A stretch of DNA of 64,000 nt from an uncultured cyanobacterium. Lineage in GTDB: Bacteria > Cyanobacteriota > Cyanobacteriia > Phormidesmidales > Phormidesmidaceae. The stretch is from NCBI GenBank assembly GCA_963793265.1, contig CAWBZI010000004.1, positions 480,001-544,000 on the forward strand, read 5' to 3'. Numbering within the stretch: the stretch's first letter is position 1; every line of letters begins with the position of its first letter. A model generated the notes under the pieces. The model was not told the origin of the DNA. It searched no databases and saw nothing but the letters and a program-made list of their open reading frames with translations. Position numbers and translations under genes: made by a program. Of the stretch, positions 8,182 to 18,718 are shown in pieces.

Positions 8182-9610
8182 CAGACAGCCTATTCATGTG
8201 ATTGGCGGCGGACTGGCCGGAACAGAAGCAGCCTGGCAGATTGCCAGAGCGGGCGTGCCTGTTGTGCTGCACGAAATGCGTCCGGTGAAAAAAAGCCCAG
8301 CGCACCATTCTGAGCATTTGGCTGAGCTGGTGTGCAGTAATTCTTTTGGCGCGATGGGGACTGATCGGGCGTCTGGGCTACTGCATGAGGAGCTGCGACG
8401 GCTGGGGTCGGTGGTGATTGGGAAAGCGGACGAGCATTCTGTGCCAGCGGGCGGCGCTTTGGCTGTAGACCGCGGCGTATTTGGCGCAGAGCTGACGGCG
8501 ACGCTGGCGAATCATCCTTTGGTGGAACTGCGGCGAGATGAGGTGTTGAGTATTCCTGAAGAGGGGCCAGAAAAAACGATAGTGGTGCTGACAACTGGGC
8601 CACTGACCAGTGAAGCGCTGAGTGAGGATTTGGAGCGGTTTGCAGGGCAGGCGTATATGAGCTTTTTTGATGCGGCGAGCCCGATTATTGTGGGCGAGTC
8701 GATTGATCAAAGCGTCGCGTTTATGGCCTCTCGCTACGACCGGGGTGAGGCGGCGTATTTGAACTGTCCGATGAATAAGGAACAGTATTTAGCTTTTTAT
8801 ACGGCGCTGATTGCGGCGGAGCAGGCAGAGCTTAAGGATTTTGAGCGCGATACAGCGAAGTTTTTTGAAGCTTGTTTGCCGATTGAGGAGATGGCGCGGC
8901 GGGGTGAAGATACGATGCGCTATGGGCCGCTGAAGCCGGTGGGCTTGTTTGATACGGAAAAGTATGGGGCTTTTGATGCGCCAGAAAATAAGGTGCATAA
9001 GCCCTATGCGGTGATTCAGCTCCGGCAAGAAGATAAGGCCGGGCAGCTTTGGAATATGGTGGGCTTTCAGACGAATTTGCGCTGGGGTGAGCAGAAGCGT
9101 GTGTTTCGGATGATTCCGGGACTGGAGAATGCGGAGTTTGTGCGGATGGGCGTGATGCACCGCAATACGTTTATTAATTCGCCTGAGCTGTTGAGGTCTA
9201 CTTTGCAGTTTAAAGCCCGGCCTACGTTGCTAGCGGCGGGGCAGTTAGTGGGGACTGAAGGGTATACGGCAGCGATCGCAGGCGGCTGGCTAGCGGGCAC
9301 AAACGCAGCTCGGATTGCTTTGGGTAAGGAGCCTTTAAGCTTGCCAGAAACCACGATGCTCGGTGCTTTGACCGGCTTTATCAGCTCAGCCGAACCCAAG
9401 CATTTTCAGCCGATGCCGCCGAACATGGGGATTATTCCACCGTTAGAGAAGCGGGTGAGAAATAAAAGAGATCGGTATGGGGTGTATCGCGATCGCTCAT
9501 TTGCCGATCTAAAAACGTGGGCCACCGAGAACAATTTAACGCTCATAAGAACGGCTGCAACAGATGACCGCATTGAAGAAAAAGAGAAAGCGGTTGCTTT
9601 GGCAAAGTGA
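8174..9610 (+). CDS. trmFO: FAD/folate-dependent tRNA m5U54 methyltransferase TrmFO
   Basis: [33 protein letters not shown]. Confidence 0.96.
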   Translation: MSDRQPIHVIGGGLAGTEAAWQIARAGVPVVLHEMRPVKKSPAHHSEHLAELVCSNSFGAMGTDRASGLLHEELRRLGSVVIGKADEHSVPAGGALAVDRGVFGAELTATLANHPLVELRRDEVLSIPEEGPEKTIVVLTTGPLTSEALSEDLERFAGQAYMSFFDAASPIIVGESIDQSVAFMASRYDRGEAAYLNCPMNKEQYLAFYTALIAAEQAELKDFERDTAKFFEACLPIEEMARRGEDTMRYGPLKPVGLFDTEKYGAFDAPENKVHKPYAVIQLRQEDKAGQLWNMVGFQTNLRWGEQKRVFRMIPGLENAEFVRMGVMHRNTFINSPELLRSTLQFKARPTLLAAGQLVGTEGYTAAIAGGWLAGTNAARIALGKEPLSLPETTMLGALTGFISSAEPKHFQPMPPNMGIIPPLEKRVRNKRDRYGVYRDRSFADLKTWATENNLTLIRTAATDDRIEEKEKAVALAK

Positions 9611-9637
9611 TCTGTCAAAGTAACTACGAGCAAAGCA

Positions 9638-10528
9638 ATGAAAGGCTCTAGCTTCTTGCTGGTGTTTTTAGACGGTGTTGGGCTAGGCAAAGCAGGAATT
9701 AACAATCCGCTATCTATGCCCGGCTCAACGCCATCTTTGACAAAACTATTGGGCAAACCCTTGCTGATAGGCAATTCTATCTGTCAGCCTGAACGGTTGT
9801 TCAAACCGATCGATGCAACCTTGGGCGTAGCCGGATTGCCGCAGAGTGCGACGGGTCAAACCACGATTTATACAGGACAAAATGCGCCTCAGTTTTTGGG
9901 TCGGCATCAGTCGGGGTTTGCAAATGGCTCTTTGCGGCAGTTGATTGATGAGTATGGGTTATTTTCACAGGCGTTAACGCTAGGACGGACGGCGACGCTA
10001 GCGAATGCGTATTCGCCGGATTATTTCTATGCGATCGCCCATCGAAAACGCCGCTACTCAGTCTGCACCCTCCTGAACATGACCGCCCAACTACCGTTTC
10101 GGATGCAGTATGAGTATGAACAGGGCGAGGCGGTTTTTTGGAATATTGTGGGCGATCGCCACCATCCCCTTTCACCCATTGAAGCCGGTCGTCGGTTGGC
10201 GAATTTAAGCGCTCAACACGGGGTTACTTTGTTTGAAAGCTACCTGTGCGACTATGCGGGACACGCGCAAGATGAGACACAAGCTGTTGAGTATTTGCAG
10301 CGGATTGATAGGTTTTTGGAGAGTGCGATCGCCCATCTCCCCCCAAACGCCACGCTTATCATCACCAGCGATCACGGCAACGTAGAAGACCTTTCAACCA
10401 AACGCCACACATTCAATGCAGTTCCCCTAATCGCGGTCGGCCCTGAAGCAGCTAATTTTTCTCAGGTAGAAGATTTGACCGGCATTACACCCCAAATTTT
10501 GAGAGCGCTTTCGACTGGCCAAGCCTAG
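9638..10528 (+). CDS. Alkaline-phosphatase-superfamily metalloenzyme (phosphomutase-like)
   Basis: LDGVG, PQSATGQT, DYAGH, TSDHGN, HT..VP. Confidence 0.8.
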   Translation: MKGSSFLLVFLDGVGLGKAGINNPLSMPGSTPSLTKLLGKPLLIGNSICQPERLFKPIDATLGVAGLPQSATGQTTIYTGQNAPQFLGRHQSGFANGSLRQLIDEYGLFSQALTLGRTATLANAYSPDYFYAIAHRKRRYSVCTLLNMTAQLPFRMQYEYEQGEAVFWNIVGDRHHPLSPIEAGRRLANLSAQHGVTLFESYLCDYAGHAQDETQAVEYLQRIDRFLESAIAHLPPNATLIITSDHGNVEDLSTKRHTFNAVPLIAVGPEAANFSQVEDLTGITPQILRALSTGQA

Positions 10529-10605
10529 CTAATTCCACTCCTTAGATAGTCATAATAGGCAGCAAAAATCGTTTAGTATGAGCGCTTATTTTTTATCAGA
10601 TAGCT

Positions 10606-11409
10606 ATGACTCAACACGTTTTAATTACAGGTGCTTCGCAAGGATCGGGTCGAGCAACAGCGCTCAAGTTCGCTAACGAAGGCTGGGACGTTACATTAAC
10701 TGCTCGGGGCGTAGACAGACTTAACGCCGTAGCTGAGCAGGTTCAGGCAGCCGGTCAAAAAGCGCTGGCTGTTCCGACTGATGTAGGCGATGCAGAACAG
10801 ATTGAGGCTTTAATTGAAAAATCTATCAGTACGTTTGGAAAGATAGACGCGCTGATTAATAACGCTGGCATTTGTTTGACAGGCCCCGTTGCCAACACAA
10901 CCTTAGAAGACTGGCGAAATATTTTAGATACCAATCTGTGGGGCTGTATTCATACAATTCATGCCGCGCTGCCTGCGATGATTGAGCGAAAGCAAGGATC
11001 GATTGTGAACGTAGGTTCATTTGGTGGAAAGATGCCTTTGCCGCAAATGACCGCCTACTGTACTAGCAAATATGCGCTGACCGGACTCACTGAATCCCTG
11101 CGGCTTGAGCTAGCTAAAGACAATATTCACGTAGGAATTGTGCATCCTGGCGTGATTAATAGCGACTTTATGGAACGGGCGATGTTTCGCGGTGAGGATG
11201 ATGGCGAAGCGGATGGAAATAGGCAGCAGATGGCAAGTGTGCTGGGGTCTAACTGGGTGAGTCAGCCAGAAGATATTGCTGAGGCTGTTTGGAAGATGGT
11301 GACGAAGAAGCAGGCTGAGACGGTCGTAGGGCCTGTATCGGTGGCAACTGAGCTGAATCGGTTGTTTCCTCAGCTAACGCAGTGGGCACTGGCGAAAGGC
11401 GTTAGCTAA
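10606..11409 (+). CDS. Short-chain dehydrogenase/reductase
   Basis: TGASQGSG, NNAG, YCTSK. Confidence 0.93.
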   Translation: MTQHVLITGASQGSGRATALKFANEGWDVTLTARGVDRLNAVAEQVQAAGQKALAVPTDVGDAEQIEALIEKSISTFGKIDALINNAGICLTGPVANTTLEDWRNILDTNLWGCIHTIHAALPAMIERKQGSIVNVGSFGGKMPLPQMTAYCTSKYALTGLTESLRLELAKDNIHVGIVHPGVINSDFMERAMFRGEDDGEADGNRQQMASVLGSNWVSQPEDIAEAVWKMVTKKQAETVVGPVSVATELNRLFPQLTQWALAKGVS

Positions 11410-11447
11410 AGGAAGCAAACTTGGGATTAGCGCTTTTGAGCACTGGC

Positions 11448-11819
11448 CTAAGCGGCTTGTACCGATGAGGTGCGCTCAAAACCTTGCTGGCGAGCAAGCT
11501 GATAGAGGGCGCTGGCAGCCTCGCGAGAGATCGGCCATACCATACCTGCGAGGTTGTTGGTTGCCACACTGTAACCTTGGTCAGCCGCACGGTAGTACCA
11601 CCGAATCGCGATCACTTCATCAATAGGAATGTCGCCAAGGCCAAGCTGATAGATGTTGCCGAGCAAGCACTGAGCTTCAGCATCGCCGTCTTGAGCTGAC
11701 TGTGTGAGTAAGGGCAGCGCTTCGGCGTAGTTTTGATTGCGAAATTCTTGAATACCTGGGTTAGACATTTTCCAAACTCTGCGAGGATTTTTTGGTCGGA
11801 CTGCTACGGTGGGAGCCAT
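11448..11819 (-). CDS. Small Sel1-like-repeat protein (alternative start MSNPG at 11768)
   Basis: AQCLLGNIYQLGLG...AIRWYYRAADQGYSVATNNL. Confidence 0.8.
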   Translation of the reverse strand: MAPTVAVRPKNPRRVWKMSNPGIQEFRNQNYAEALPLLTQSAQDGDAEAQCLLGNIYQLGLGDIPIDEVIAIRWYYRAADQGYSVATNNLAGMVWPISREAASALYQLARQQGFERTSSVQAA

Positions 11820-11899
11820 ATTTTGAAGCCTTAAAGTCGAGGCCGTACGTTGTTGAGCAAAAAGCAGTTGGATAAAAGGTGGGTTAAACGTACTATCTA

Positions 11900-11918
11900 A
11901 TTATAGTACATGTGTACT
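11900..11918 (-). promoter_or_regulatory. LexA (SOS) box abutting a TATAAT -10 element of the Sel1 gene
   Basis: AGTACATGTGTACT (11905-11918) fits cyanobacterial RGTAC-N3-DGTWCB; minus-strand TATAAT at 11900-11905. Confidence 0.75.
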
Positions 11919-11983
11919 TGTATAGAGTTACGCTTGAGCTTTAATTTTTTGAAGGTGCGATCGCCTCCAGGTCATCCGTTTAA

Positions 11984-11997
11984 AGTAGATGTGTACT
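11984..11997. promoter_or_regulatory. Second LexA-like box (1 mismatch)
   Basis: AGTAGATGTGTACT, 13/14 identical to the first box. Confidence 0.55.
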
Positions 11998-12120
11998 AAG
12001 TATCAACTGTCCTTTTGACTGCATAGATTGGAGCGGATGCTATTCAGGAATGTTTTGAAAGATTGCCCGTCTGATGGATGCTTGTATCAGGATTTATTGA
12101 TGAAAGAAGCAGGTGTTTAA

Positions 12121-13926
12121 GTGAGCAGTTCTTTGGCTGAGCAGTATTTGGCGCTGATTGACGACATTGTGACGCAGACGCTTAAAGGTAGCATCCGCTC
12201 AAAGGAGCAGGTGCGGTCGCAACTAGAAGAAGCTGTGCAGACGGGTACGGGTGAAATCTTTGAGCGGGTGGTGGCTAGCCGTATTGCTGAAACTGAAGCT
12301 CAGCTTGAAAGCTCGCTGAAGGCAGGCCGAATTTTGCGGGCGCTGAAGACGATTGAGAGTGAATGGCAAAAAGGGCAGACTGACCGGCAGGCGGCGAGTG
12401 GAATTGCGATCGCGGCAAGTCGCCTCACTGAAGCAGAACCGTCAGAGCGGCCAATCATATTCCTGGGCCTGATCGACCCGAATCAGCCGAATAGTCTCAA
12501 CCGCGTACAGCTAAAACAGCTTGCTAAGTCGCTAGAGACGGACGACATGCGGGCTTGGCAGCAAGGTATTTTAGCAGGGCTTGAGAGCTACCAGCGGCTA
12601 GAGCCTGACCTGGTGAGCTGGCTGTATCAGTCTGCCGGAGGCAATATTGGCTTTGGTTCTAAGAAGGATTTGGGGCCGTGGCCCGTATGGCAAAAGCTGT
12701 CGGAAGGTTTGCCCAAGCTGCTGTTTACGACGATAGCCGAGGGTGAGCCGATTGATGCGATTACGCGGACAGCAGTAGATACGGCGAGCTGGGTGAATTT
12801 GGCGGTGACGATGCACTTTTTGCAGCGCAGCTTGGTCACTTGGTTCGATCAGCAGCCCTACAGCGCTAAGGCCGGTAAGCAGCTTTCGTATAGTACGTTT
12901 TTGATTTTCGCAGCGATTTGGGGACAGCTTGCTCAGGGCTTTAGCAGTGGTGGCGCGGGGAGCTATCAGGCATTGGGCGATGGCAGCTTTCAGCTCATGC
13001 TACAGCTTTTAAGAACGTTCTCTCAGCGAGACGACTTTCCGCTTTATGGCGGCGTGTTTGCCTCTTTCTCAGGAGATTATTTAGAAGATACGCTTGACTA
13101 CTTCAGCGAGCCGTTGAGCCAGATAGAAGGTACGCAAGAAAAGGCAAGAATTCTTACGCTACTGGGCTATTCTCGGCAGACGCTAGGCCGGGCGACTGAG
13201 GCGAAGGCTTTTTATGAGCAGGCATTAGAGATTGCTCAAGCGGCAGGGGATTTGGCTTGTGAGACGGCGGACTTGTGTCACTTGGCGCGAAATGCGGCGC
13301 TGGAGAAAGATTACGGGCAGGCGGTTGCGACCAGTCAACGGGCGCTGATTTTGGCTCGGCAGAGGGGCGATCGCGTCGGTCAGGCAAACGCACTGGTCAA
13401 CCTGGGCTACGCGCAGGTGTTGCAGGGTAGGGCAAACGATGTGGGCGATGCGGCGCTTTATGACGGGGCGATCGCCTATCTCAATCAAGGCTTAGAGCTG
13501 GCTGTAAAACAAGGTGACTTTCAGAGTCAGGCGCTGGCTTATAACAGCTTGGGGATTGGGTATGTGATGTGCGATCGCCCCCAAGACGGCCTCAATATTC
13601 TCACCAAAGGCGCAGACGCGGTAAAAGGATCTGGCAATATCTATCTGCAAGGGCTCTACACGCTCTACACCGCCGAAGCTCATCACGCGCTCAAGCATTC
13701 AAAAGAAGCTGTTTTCTATAGCGCCCTAGCAATGTATCTACTAGAAAGCATTGGGGCTGAAGATTGGCGACAGGCTGCGGGTTTAGCCTCCATATTGCAA
13801 GGGCAGCTTGGGGTAGAAGAGTTTCAGCGAACCTTAGATCAGTATCAGCGACAGCTTGCACCGATTATGAGTATGGAGGGTTTTGAGGCTTTGCCTTCGC
13901 TATTGGAGCGGTATCGAATGCAATAG
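12121..13926 (+). CDS. TPR-repeat protein
   Basis: C-terminal TPRs (ARILTLLGY, ANALVNLGY, ALAYNSLGI); helical N-terminal domain. Confidence 0.82.
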   Translation: MSSSLAEQYLALIDDIVTQTLKGSIRSKEQVRSQLEEAVQTGTGEIFERVVASRIAETEAQLESSLKAGRILRALKTIESEWQKGQTDRQAASGIAIAASRLTEAEPSERPIIFLGLIDPNQPNSLNRVQLKQLAKSLETDDMRAWQQGILAGLESYQRLEPDLVSWLYQSAGGNIGFGSKKDLGPWPVWQKLSEGLPKLLFTTIAEGEPIDAITRTAVDTASWVNLAVTMHFLQRSLVTWFDQQPYSAKAGKQLSYSTFLIFAAIWGQLAQGFSSGGAGSYQALGDGSFQLMLQLLRTFSQRDDFPLYGGVFASFSGDYLEDTLDYFSEPLSQIEGTQEKARILTLLGYSRQTLGRATEAKAFYEQALEIAQAAGDLACETADLCHLARNAALEKDYGQAVATSQRALILARQRGDRVGQANALVNLGYAQVLQGRANDVGDAALYDGAIAYLNQGLELAVKQGDFQSQALAYNSLGIGYVMCDRPQDGLNILTKGADAVKGSGNIYLQGLYTLYTAEAHHALKHSKEAVFYSALAMYLLESIGAEDWRQAAGLASILQGQLGVEEFQRTLDQYQRQLAPIMSMEGFEALPSLLERYRMQ

Positions 13927-13943
13927 GCTTTAATCCCAAACAC

Positions 13944-13976
13944 AAAAAAGCACCCTACTTCAGACAGGGTGCTTTT
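13944..13976. terminator. Bidirectional intrinsic terminator between the TPR gene and gnd
   Basis: AAAAGCACCCT-9 nt-AGGGTGCTTTT between convergent stop codons. Confidence 0.85.
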
Positions 13977-14001
13977 CTACTTTACAGATTTAAATGAACT
14001 A

Positions 14002-15411
14002 TTATTCCATCCATTCAGTATGGAAGAAGCCGTCCTTATCCGTACGCTCGTAAGTGTGCGCGCCAAAGTAGTCACGCTGAGCCTGCGTCAGGTTCTGAGG
14101 CAGGTTCGCTCTCCGGTAGCTGTCAAAGTAGTCCAGACTAGCGCTGAATGCGGGTACCGGAATACCAATCTTAGCCGCCGTCGCAATCACTTCACGCCAT
14201 GCATCCTGACGATCAAGAATAGTCTGCTTAAACTCAGGCGCTAGCAGCAGGTTAGCGAGCTTCCCATCCTGGTCGTAGGCCGCTTTGATCTTGTTCAAGA
14301 AAGCTGCGCGAATGATACAGCCGCCTTTCCAAATGCGAGCCGTTTCGCCAAGATCAAGGTCATAACCGTTAAGAATAGACGCTTTAGCAAGTAAGTCCAT
14401 GCCCTGCGCGTAAGAGCAAATTTTGGAGCAGTAGAGAGCGTCGCGAATTTTGCCAATGAAATCTTTTTTATCACCTTCAAACTTCGCAGCTGGCCCAGTG
14501 AGTTGCTCAGAGGCAATCATCCGCTCCTCTTTAATCGCCGACATAATCCGGGCGTTTACCGCAGCGGTGATCGTTGGAATGCTCACACCGACTTCTAAGG
14601 CGCTCATTACCGTCCAGCGACCTGTGCCCTTTTGGCCCGCCTTGTCCATAATCAGCTCAACGAGAGGCTTGCCTGTCTCATCGTCGGTTTTGGTGAAAAT
14701 GTCGGCGGTAATTTCAATTAAAAAAGAATCTAGCTCTTCGGTTTTATTCCACTCAGCAAAGGTTTCGTGGAGTTCTTCTTGAGTGAGTCCTAGCGTATTT
14801 TTTAGCAGGTCGTAGGCTTCTGCAATAAGCTGCATATCGCCGTACTCAATGCCGTTGTGCACCATTTTGACGAAGTGACCGGAGCCGCCTTTGCCGATGT
14901 AGGTAACGCAGGGGCCGTCGTCTACCTGGGCTGCAATCTTTGTAACAATAGGCTCAATTGCATCGTAGGCTGCTTTAGAACCGCCGGGCATGAGGCTGGG
15001 GCCGTTGAGCGCGCCTTCTTCACCGCCGCTAACGCCCATGCCAATGAAGTTGAAGCCAGCGGCTTCAAGGTCTTTTACGCGGCGCTCGGTATCGTCGTAT
15101 AGCGAGTTACCGCCGTCAATGATCATATCGTCAGGATCGAGCAGCGGCTTGAGCTGATTGATGACAGCATCTACAGGGCCACCTGCTTTAACCATTACCA
15201 AAATGCGCCGGGGCCGTTCGAGTGCCTGTACAAACTCTTCGAGAGAGTAGGTAGCGACTGCGTTCTTACCCTGGGCACGATTTTTCATGAAGGCGTCGGT
15301 TTTTTCTCTAGAGCGGTTGTATACCGCGATGGGAAAACCATTACGCTCGATGTTTAGCGCAATGTTCTCGCCCATTACCGCCAATCCAATCACACCAAAA
15401 CTCTGTGCCAT
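14002..15411 (-). CDS. gnd: 6-phosphogluconate dehydrogenase (decarboxylating)
   Basis: [35 protein letters not shown]. Confidence 0.98.
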   Translation of the reverse strand: MAQSFGVIGLAVMGENIALNIERNGFPIAVYNRSREKTDAFMKNRAQGKNAVATYSLEEFVQALERPRRILVMVKAGGPVDAVINQLKPLLDPDDMIIDGGNSLYDDTERRVKDLEAAGFNFIGMGVSGGEEGALNGPSLMPGGSKAAYDAIEPIVTKIAAQVDDGPCVTYIGKGGSGHFVKMVHNGIEYGDMQLIAEAYDLLKNTLGLTQEELHETFAEWNKTEELDSFLIEITADIFTKTDDETGKPLVELIMDKAGQKGTGRWTVMSALEVGVSIPTITAAVNARIMSAIKEERMIASEQLTGPAAKFEGDKKDFIGKIRDALYCSKICSYAQGMDLLAKASILNGYDLDLGETARIWKGGCIIRAAFLNKIKAAYDQDGKLANLLLAPEFKQTILDRQDAWREVIATAAKIGIPVPAFSASLDYFDSYRRANLPQNLTQAQRDYFGAHTYERTDKDGFFHTEWME

Positions 15412-15589
15412 AAACTCTCCGTTACTAAGTCTTTGTCGTATCGCCAGCGCGAATTAAAGCTCGAATCAACGACGCTTGCTATGACTTTAAACAAACTTGT
15501 CTGATTTGGACATTAAGGAGAGGAGAAGTTTTGGTGAGAAAGGATGATCCCCTTCTGATATCTATCTATGGACAGATATCGCTATGAAG

Positions 15590-17422
15590 CTATGGCCTGC
15601 TCTGTGGATAGCTGGCTTGATTTGGGAAAATCTGCTGAAATTCGGCCTGACGTTCGCTGGCATTGCCTTCTTCGCTCAGGTTCCACAGGGTTTCGTAAAA
15701 GAAGAATGAGACGCCAGAGAAGTTGCGATCGCGCACAGCCTCCACCTGCTCAGCAATCTGACTCATCGGCACCGATCGTCCTTTCAGCCCGCTCAAAACG
15801 CCCACGCTAGTTGGAATATGACCCCGCGCAAAATCCATCGCATCCTGCCCCATCTCCCAAACGAACCGGCCCAAATCATTGCGGTATAGCTGCACAATCA
15901 GCTCCTCGACGTAGCCTCTTTTTAGCCAGGTATCCCAATCTTGCAGGTAGTACTCATAGGCAAAGACGTGAGGGTTTGGTGACACTGAGAAAATCGCGTC
16001 GGGCCGGTGTCGCTTCACGGTGCTGAAGAGTTCGCCCATAAAGTCAGTGATTTTATCTGCCCGCCAGCGCGTCCACTCAGCGTCTTTGGCATCGGCAGGC
16101 GGTAGCTTGCCCTCGTGCTCCTGCTTATACAAGTTCACAGTGTAGGGATCGTAGCCGTAGGCAAAAGGTAGGCCCATGTGGTCGTCTACCTGGAAGCCGT
16201 CAATGTCGTAGTTGGCGACTAGCTCAGCAGTTAGCTCTTTGATGAAAGTTTGCACTTCGGGGTGGAAAGGATTGAGCCATACGCGGTCGTGATCACCTTC
16301 GGCGGTAATTAGAGAGCCGTCGGCTTTTTGTGTGAGCCAGTCAGGGTGACGCTCGGCTAGGGCAGAGTCGGCGGGGGCCATGAAGCCGAATTCAAACCAG
16401 GGGATCACTTTGAGGTCGCGGCTATGGGCGATTTCGATGAGTTCGAGCAGCATGTCGCGATCGCCCTGCGCCGCTTCTAAACGCTCTTGCCTGCCGGTGA
16501 ATTCTAAATCAGGATAAAGCCCCTGCTCAAAACCAGTCGCTTGCTTGGCAACCTCACTGGGAAACAACGTGTAGCCCCAGTTCCATACGGTTGGATACAC
16601 CGTATTAAAGTTCAGGTCGGCTAGCTTGTTTAACGCGGGCTCTAGCTTTTCACGGGAGAACAGAACGTCGCTGTCGATGTTGGTCATCCACACGCCGCGT
16701 AGTTCTCTTCTGGGCGCTATGGCGATCGCAGGCAGCTCAAAGGCCACTACCTGATCGTCTGGAATTGTCGCTGCCGTTCGTGAATCTAGGCTCGCCCTGC
16801 AGATAAAAGCGGCTCCATCGGCTAATGTCGTTGTGCGGCGAGGGCGAAGCTGATGTCGCCCGCCAGGCAGCTCGCCTTCTTTGTCAACGATGTAGCCAGC
16901 GCCGAGTGCAGCCGCTACGCCCTCACGCGCATTGCGAGGAATGAGGAGCGAATCGCGAAAGGTAGAAGCGAGTGCTCTGGTAGCATCGGCCTGGTAAGGC
17001 GTCGCTGAGCCTGTGGTGAGAATAGCGAGTGCTTGAGCGCGACCAACTGACTGCTGTAGTCTGGCATCTTCACCAAGCGCGGCCATCAATAAGGCTTCGG
17101 GCTCTGACTGGGCTTCGTCAAAGCTAAGACCCAGGTATTCGTTGTTGGCAGCAAAGGCACCAGGAAAGGCTTTGAGTACAGCCGTGGCATATTCCGCCTG
17201 AGAAAGCGCACTGTTGGGATAGCGGCTGTTGATGTTGCGCTGCTCAAACACGTCTTGAGCGACTAATGCCTGTATGCAGGGCTCGACGGGATGACCTGCA
17301 AAACCCGTAGTAACCGCTCGCGCGGCAGTAAAGCTCCCAAACAGCGCTGAACAAAAAATACCGATTAAAAATGCGACGCCTAGCTGTCTTGTGCGCTGTC
17401 TGTGAACCTGCCTGTGAACCAT
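15590..17422 (-). CDS. Exported glycoside hydrolase family 10-like (GHL10/DUF187) protein with SLH-like N-terminus
   Basis: ELRGVW, PWFEFG, WLNPFHPEV, IDGFQVDDH; signal peptide. Confidence 0.85.
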   Translation of the reverse strand: MVHRQVHRQRTRQLGVAFLIGIFCSALFGSFTAARAVTTGFAGHPVEPCIQALVAQDVFEQRNINSRYPNSALSQAEYATAVLKAFPGAFAANNEYLGLSFDEAQSEPEALLMAALGEDARLQQSVGRAQALAILTTGSATPYQADATRALASTFRDSLLIPRNAREGVAAALGAGYIVDKEGELPGGRHQLRPRRTTTLADGAAFICRASLDSRTAATIPDDQVVAFELPAIAIAPRRELRGVWMTNIDSDVLFSREKLEPALNKLADLNFNTVYPTVWNWGYTLFPSEVAKQATGFEQGLYPDLEFTGRQERLEAAQGDRDMLLELIEIAHSRDLKVIPWFEFGFMAPADSALAERHPDWLTQKADGSLITAEGDHDRVWLNPFHPEVQTFIKELTAELVANYDIDGFQVDDHMGLPFAYGYDPYTVNLYKQEHEGKLPPADAKDAEWTRWRADKITDFMGELFSTVKRHRPDAIFSVSPNPHVFAYEYYLQDWDTWLKRGYVEELIVQLYRNDLGRFVWEMGQDAMDFARGHIPTSVGVLSGLKGRSVPMSQIAEQVEAVRDRNFSGVSFFFYETLWNLSEEGNASERQAEFQQIFPNQASYPQSRP

Positions 17423-17428
17423 TGCCCT

Positions 17429-17779
17429 TTAACCTCCGCTAATTTTGGCCTTATAGCCTTTATCTATCAGTAAAGAAACCAGCTTAGTAGCGTGCTCCCC
17501 CTGAATCTCTATCGTGTTGTCTCTGACCGTACCACCCGAGCCACACTGGGATTTGAGCTTTTTGGCCAGTGCCTCGATTGTCTCGGCATTGTGCGCAAAG
17601 CCGCTGATAATCGTGACGCTCTTACCCTTGCGTCCTTTGCGAGAAACCTGCACTCGAAGGTCTTGCTGGGCCGGTGGCAGGTTGGGGACGGCGCGTTCGG
17701 TTGCAGCCGTTGCCGATGGGCCGAATTCAGAATAGACCACTCGATCAGTCGCTTTAGAATTAGGTTTTTGCTTAGCCAT
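17429..17779 (-). CDS. yciH: SUI1/YciH translation factor
   Basis: RKGRKGKSVT, CGSGGTV, IEIQG. Confidence 0.92.
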   Translation of the reverse strand: MAKQKPNSKATDRVVYSEFGPSATAATERAVPNLPPAQQDLRVQVSRKGRKGKSVTIISGFAHNAETIEALAKKLKSQCGSGGTVRDNTIEIQGEHATKLVSLLIDKGYKAKISGG

Positions 17780-17905
17780 AGTCTGTTCCTTTGCAGGTTC
17801 CGTAGGGTCAATCTACTCGTATTGTCGCTCTAAAGAGGGAACGGTTACGGTCGGTCGGTCAGGTAACTTTACTTACAATATCGATCCCCTTCGGAGGCAG
17901 TTGCT

Positions 17906-18652
17906 TTGGTTCCCATTCGTGATGACAATCCCATCACCACTACGCCCTATGTAACCTACGGGTTTATTGCCCTCAACGTACTGGTGTTTCTTTACGAGGC
18001 GACATTAAGCGGGCCAAACCTAGAGTCGCTGTTTAGAACGTTTGCGGTGGTGCCTAGTGAACTGAGCCACAGCTTTAGTACTGGCACGGGGTTCCCGCAT
18101 ATTACAGAGTGGGGCACCTTGCTCAGCGCTGAGTTTTTGCACGCGGGCTTTTTTCATGTGGGCGGTAATATGCTCTACTTATGGATCTTCGGCAATAACG
18201 TTGAAGATCAGCTCGGACATGTAAGATTTTTCTGCTTTTATTTGCTGTGCGGTGTGCTGGCGTCTTTGTGTCAGTGGTATGTGGCCCCAGAATCGACGGT
18301 GCCTTCGCTGGGGGCCAGTGGTGCGATCGCTGGCGTGATGGGCGCATACATCTTCCGCTTTCCTGAAGTCCGCGTCCTCACCTTCATCCCTATTTTCTTT
18401 ACCGCATTTCGCGTTCCGGCCCTGCTATTTTTGGGCTTTTGGTTTGTAGAGCAGGCTTTTTATGGCGTTACCAGCTTGGGCGCGTCGGCTGATGTCGGCA
18501 TGAATGGCGGCGTCGCTTACTGGGCACATGCGGGTGGGTTTGTGTTTGGCGCAGCGCTGGGCTACTTGCTGGGCCTATTTAACAATCCCGACGATAAGTA
18601 CTTGCCAGCCGGTACCGCAGAAGAACCCTTGGGTAAAACACTCGGAGACTAA
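17906..18652 (+). CDS. Rhomboid intramembrane serine protease
   Basis: H..GNM, GASG, AHAGG; TTG start with GGAGG RBS. Confidence 0.92.
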   Translation: MVPIRDDNPITTTPYVTYGFIALNVLVFLYEATLSGPNLESLFRTFAVVPSELSHSFSTGTGFPHITEWGTLLSAEFLHAGFFHVGGNMLYLWIFGNNVEDQLGHVRFFCFYLLCGVLASLCQWYVAPESTVPSLGASGAIAGVMGAYIFRFPEVRVLTFIPIFFTAFRVPALLFLGFWFVEQAFYGVTSLGASADVGMNGGVAYWAHAGGFVFGAALGYLLGLFNNPDDKYLPAGTAEEPLGKTLGD

Positions 18653-18718
18653 TCAATTATTCTTTGTTTGGGAACAATCCATTAACATAGGCAACAGCGT
18701 TTTTGGCAAGTTCCCACG

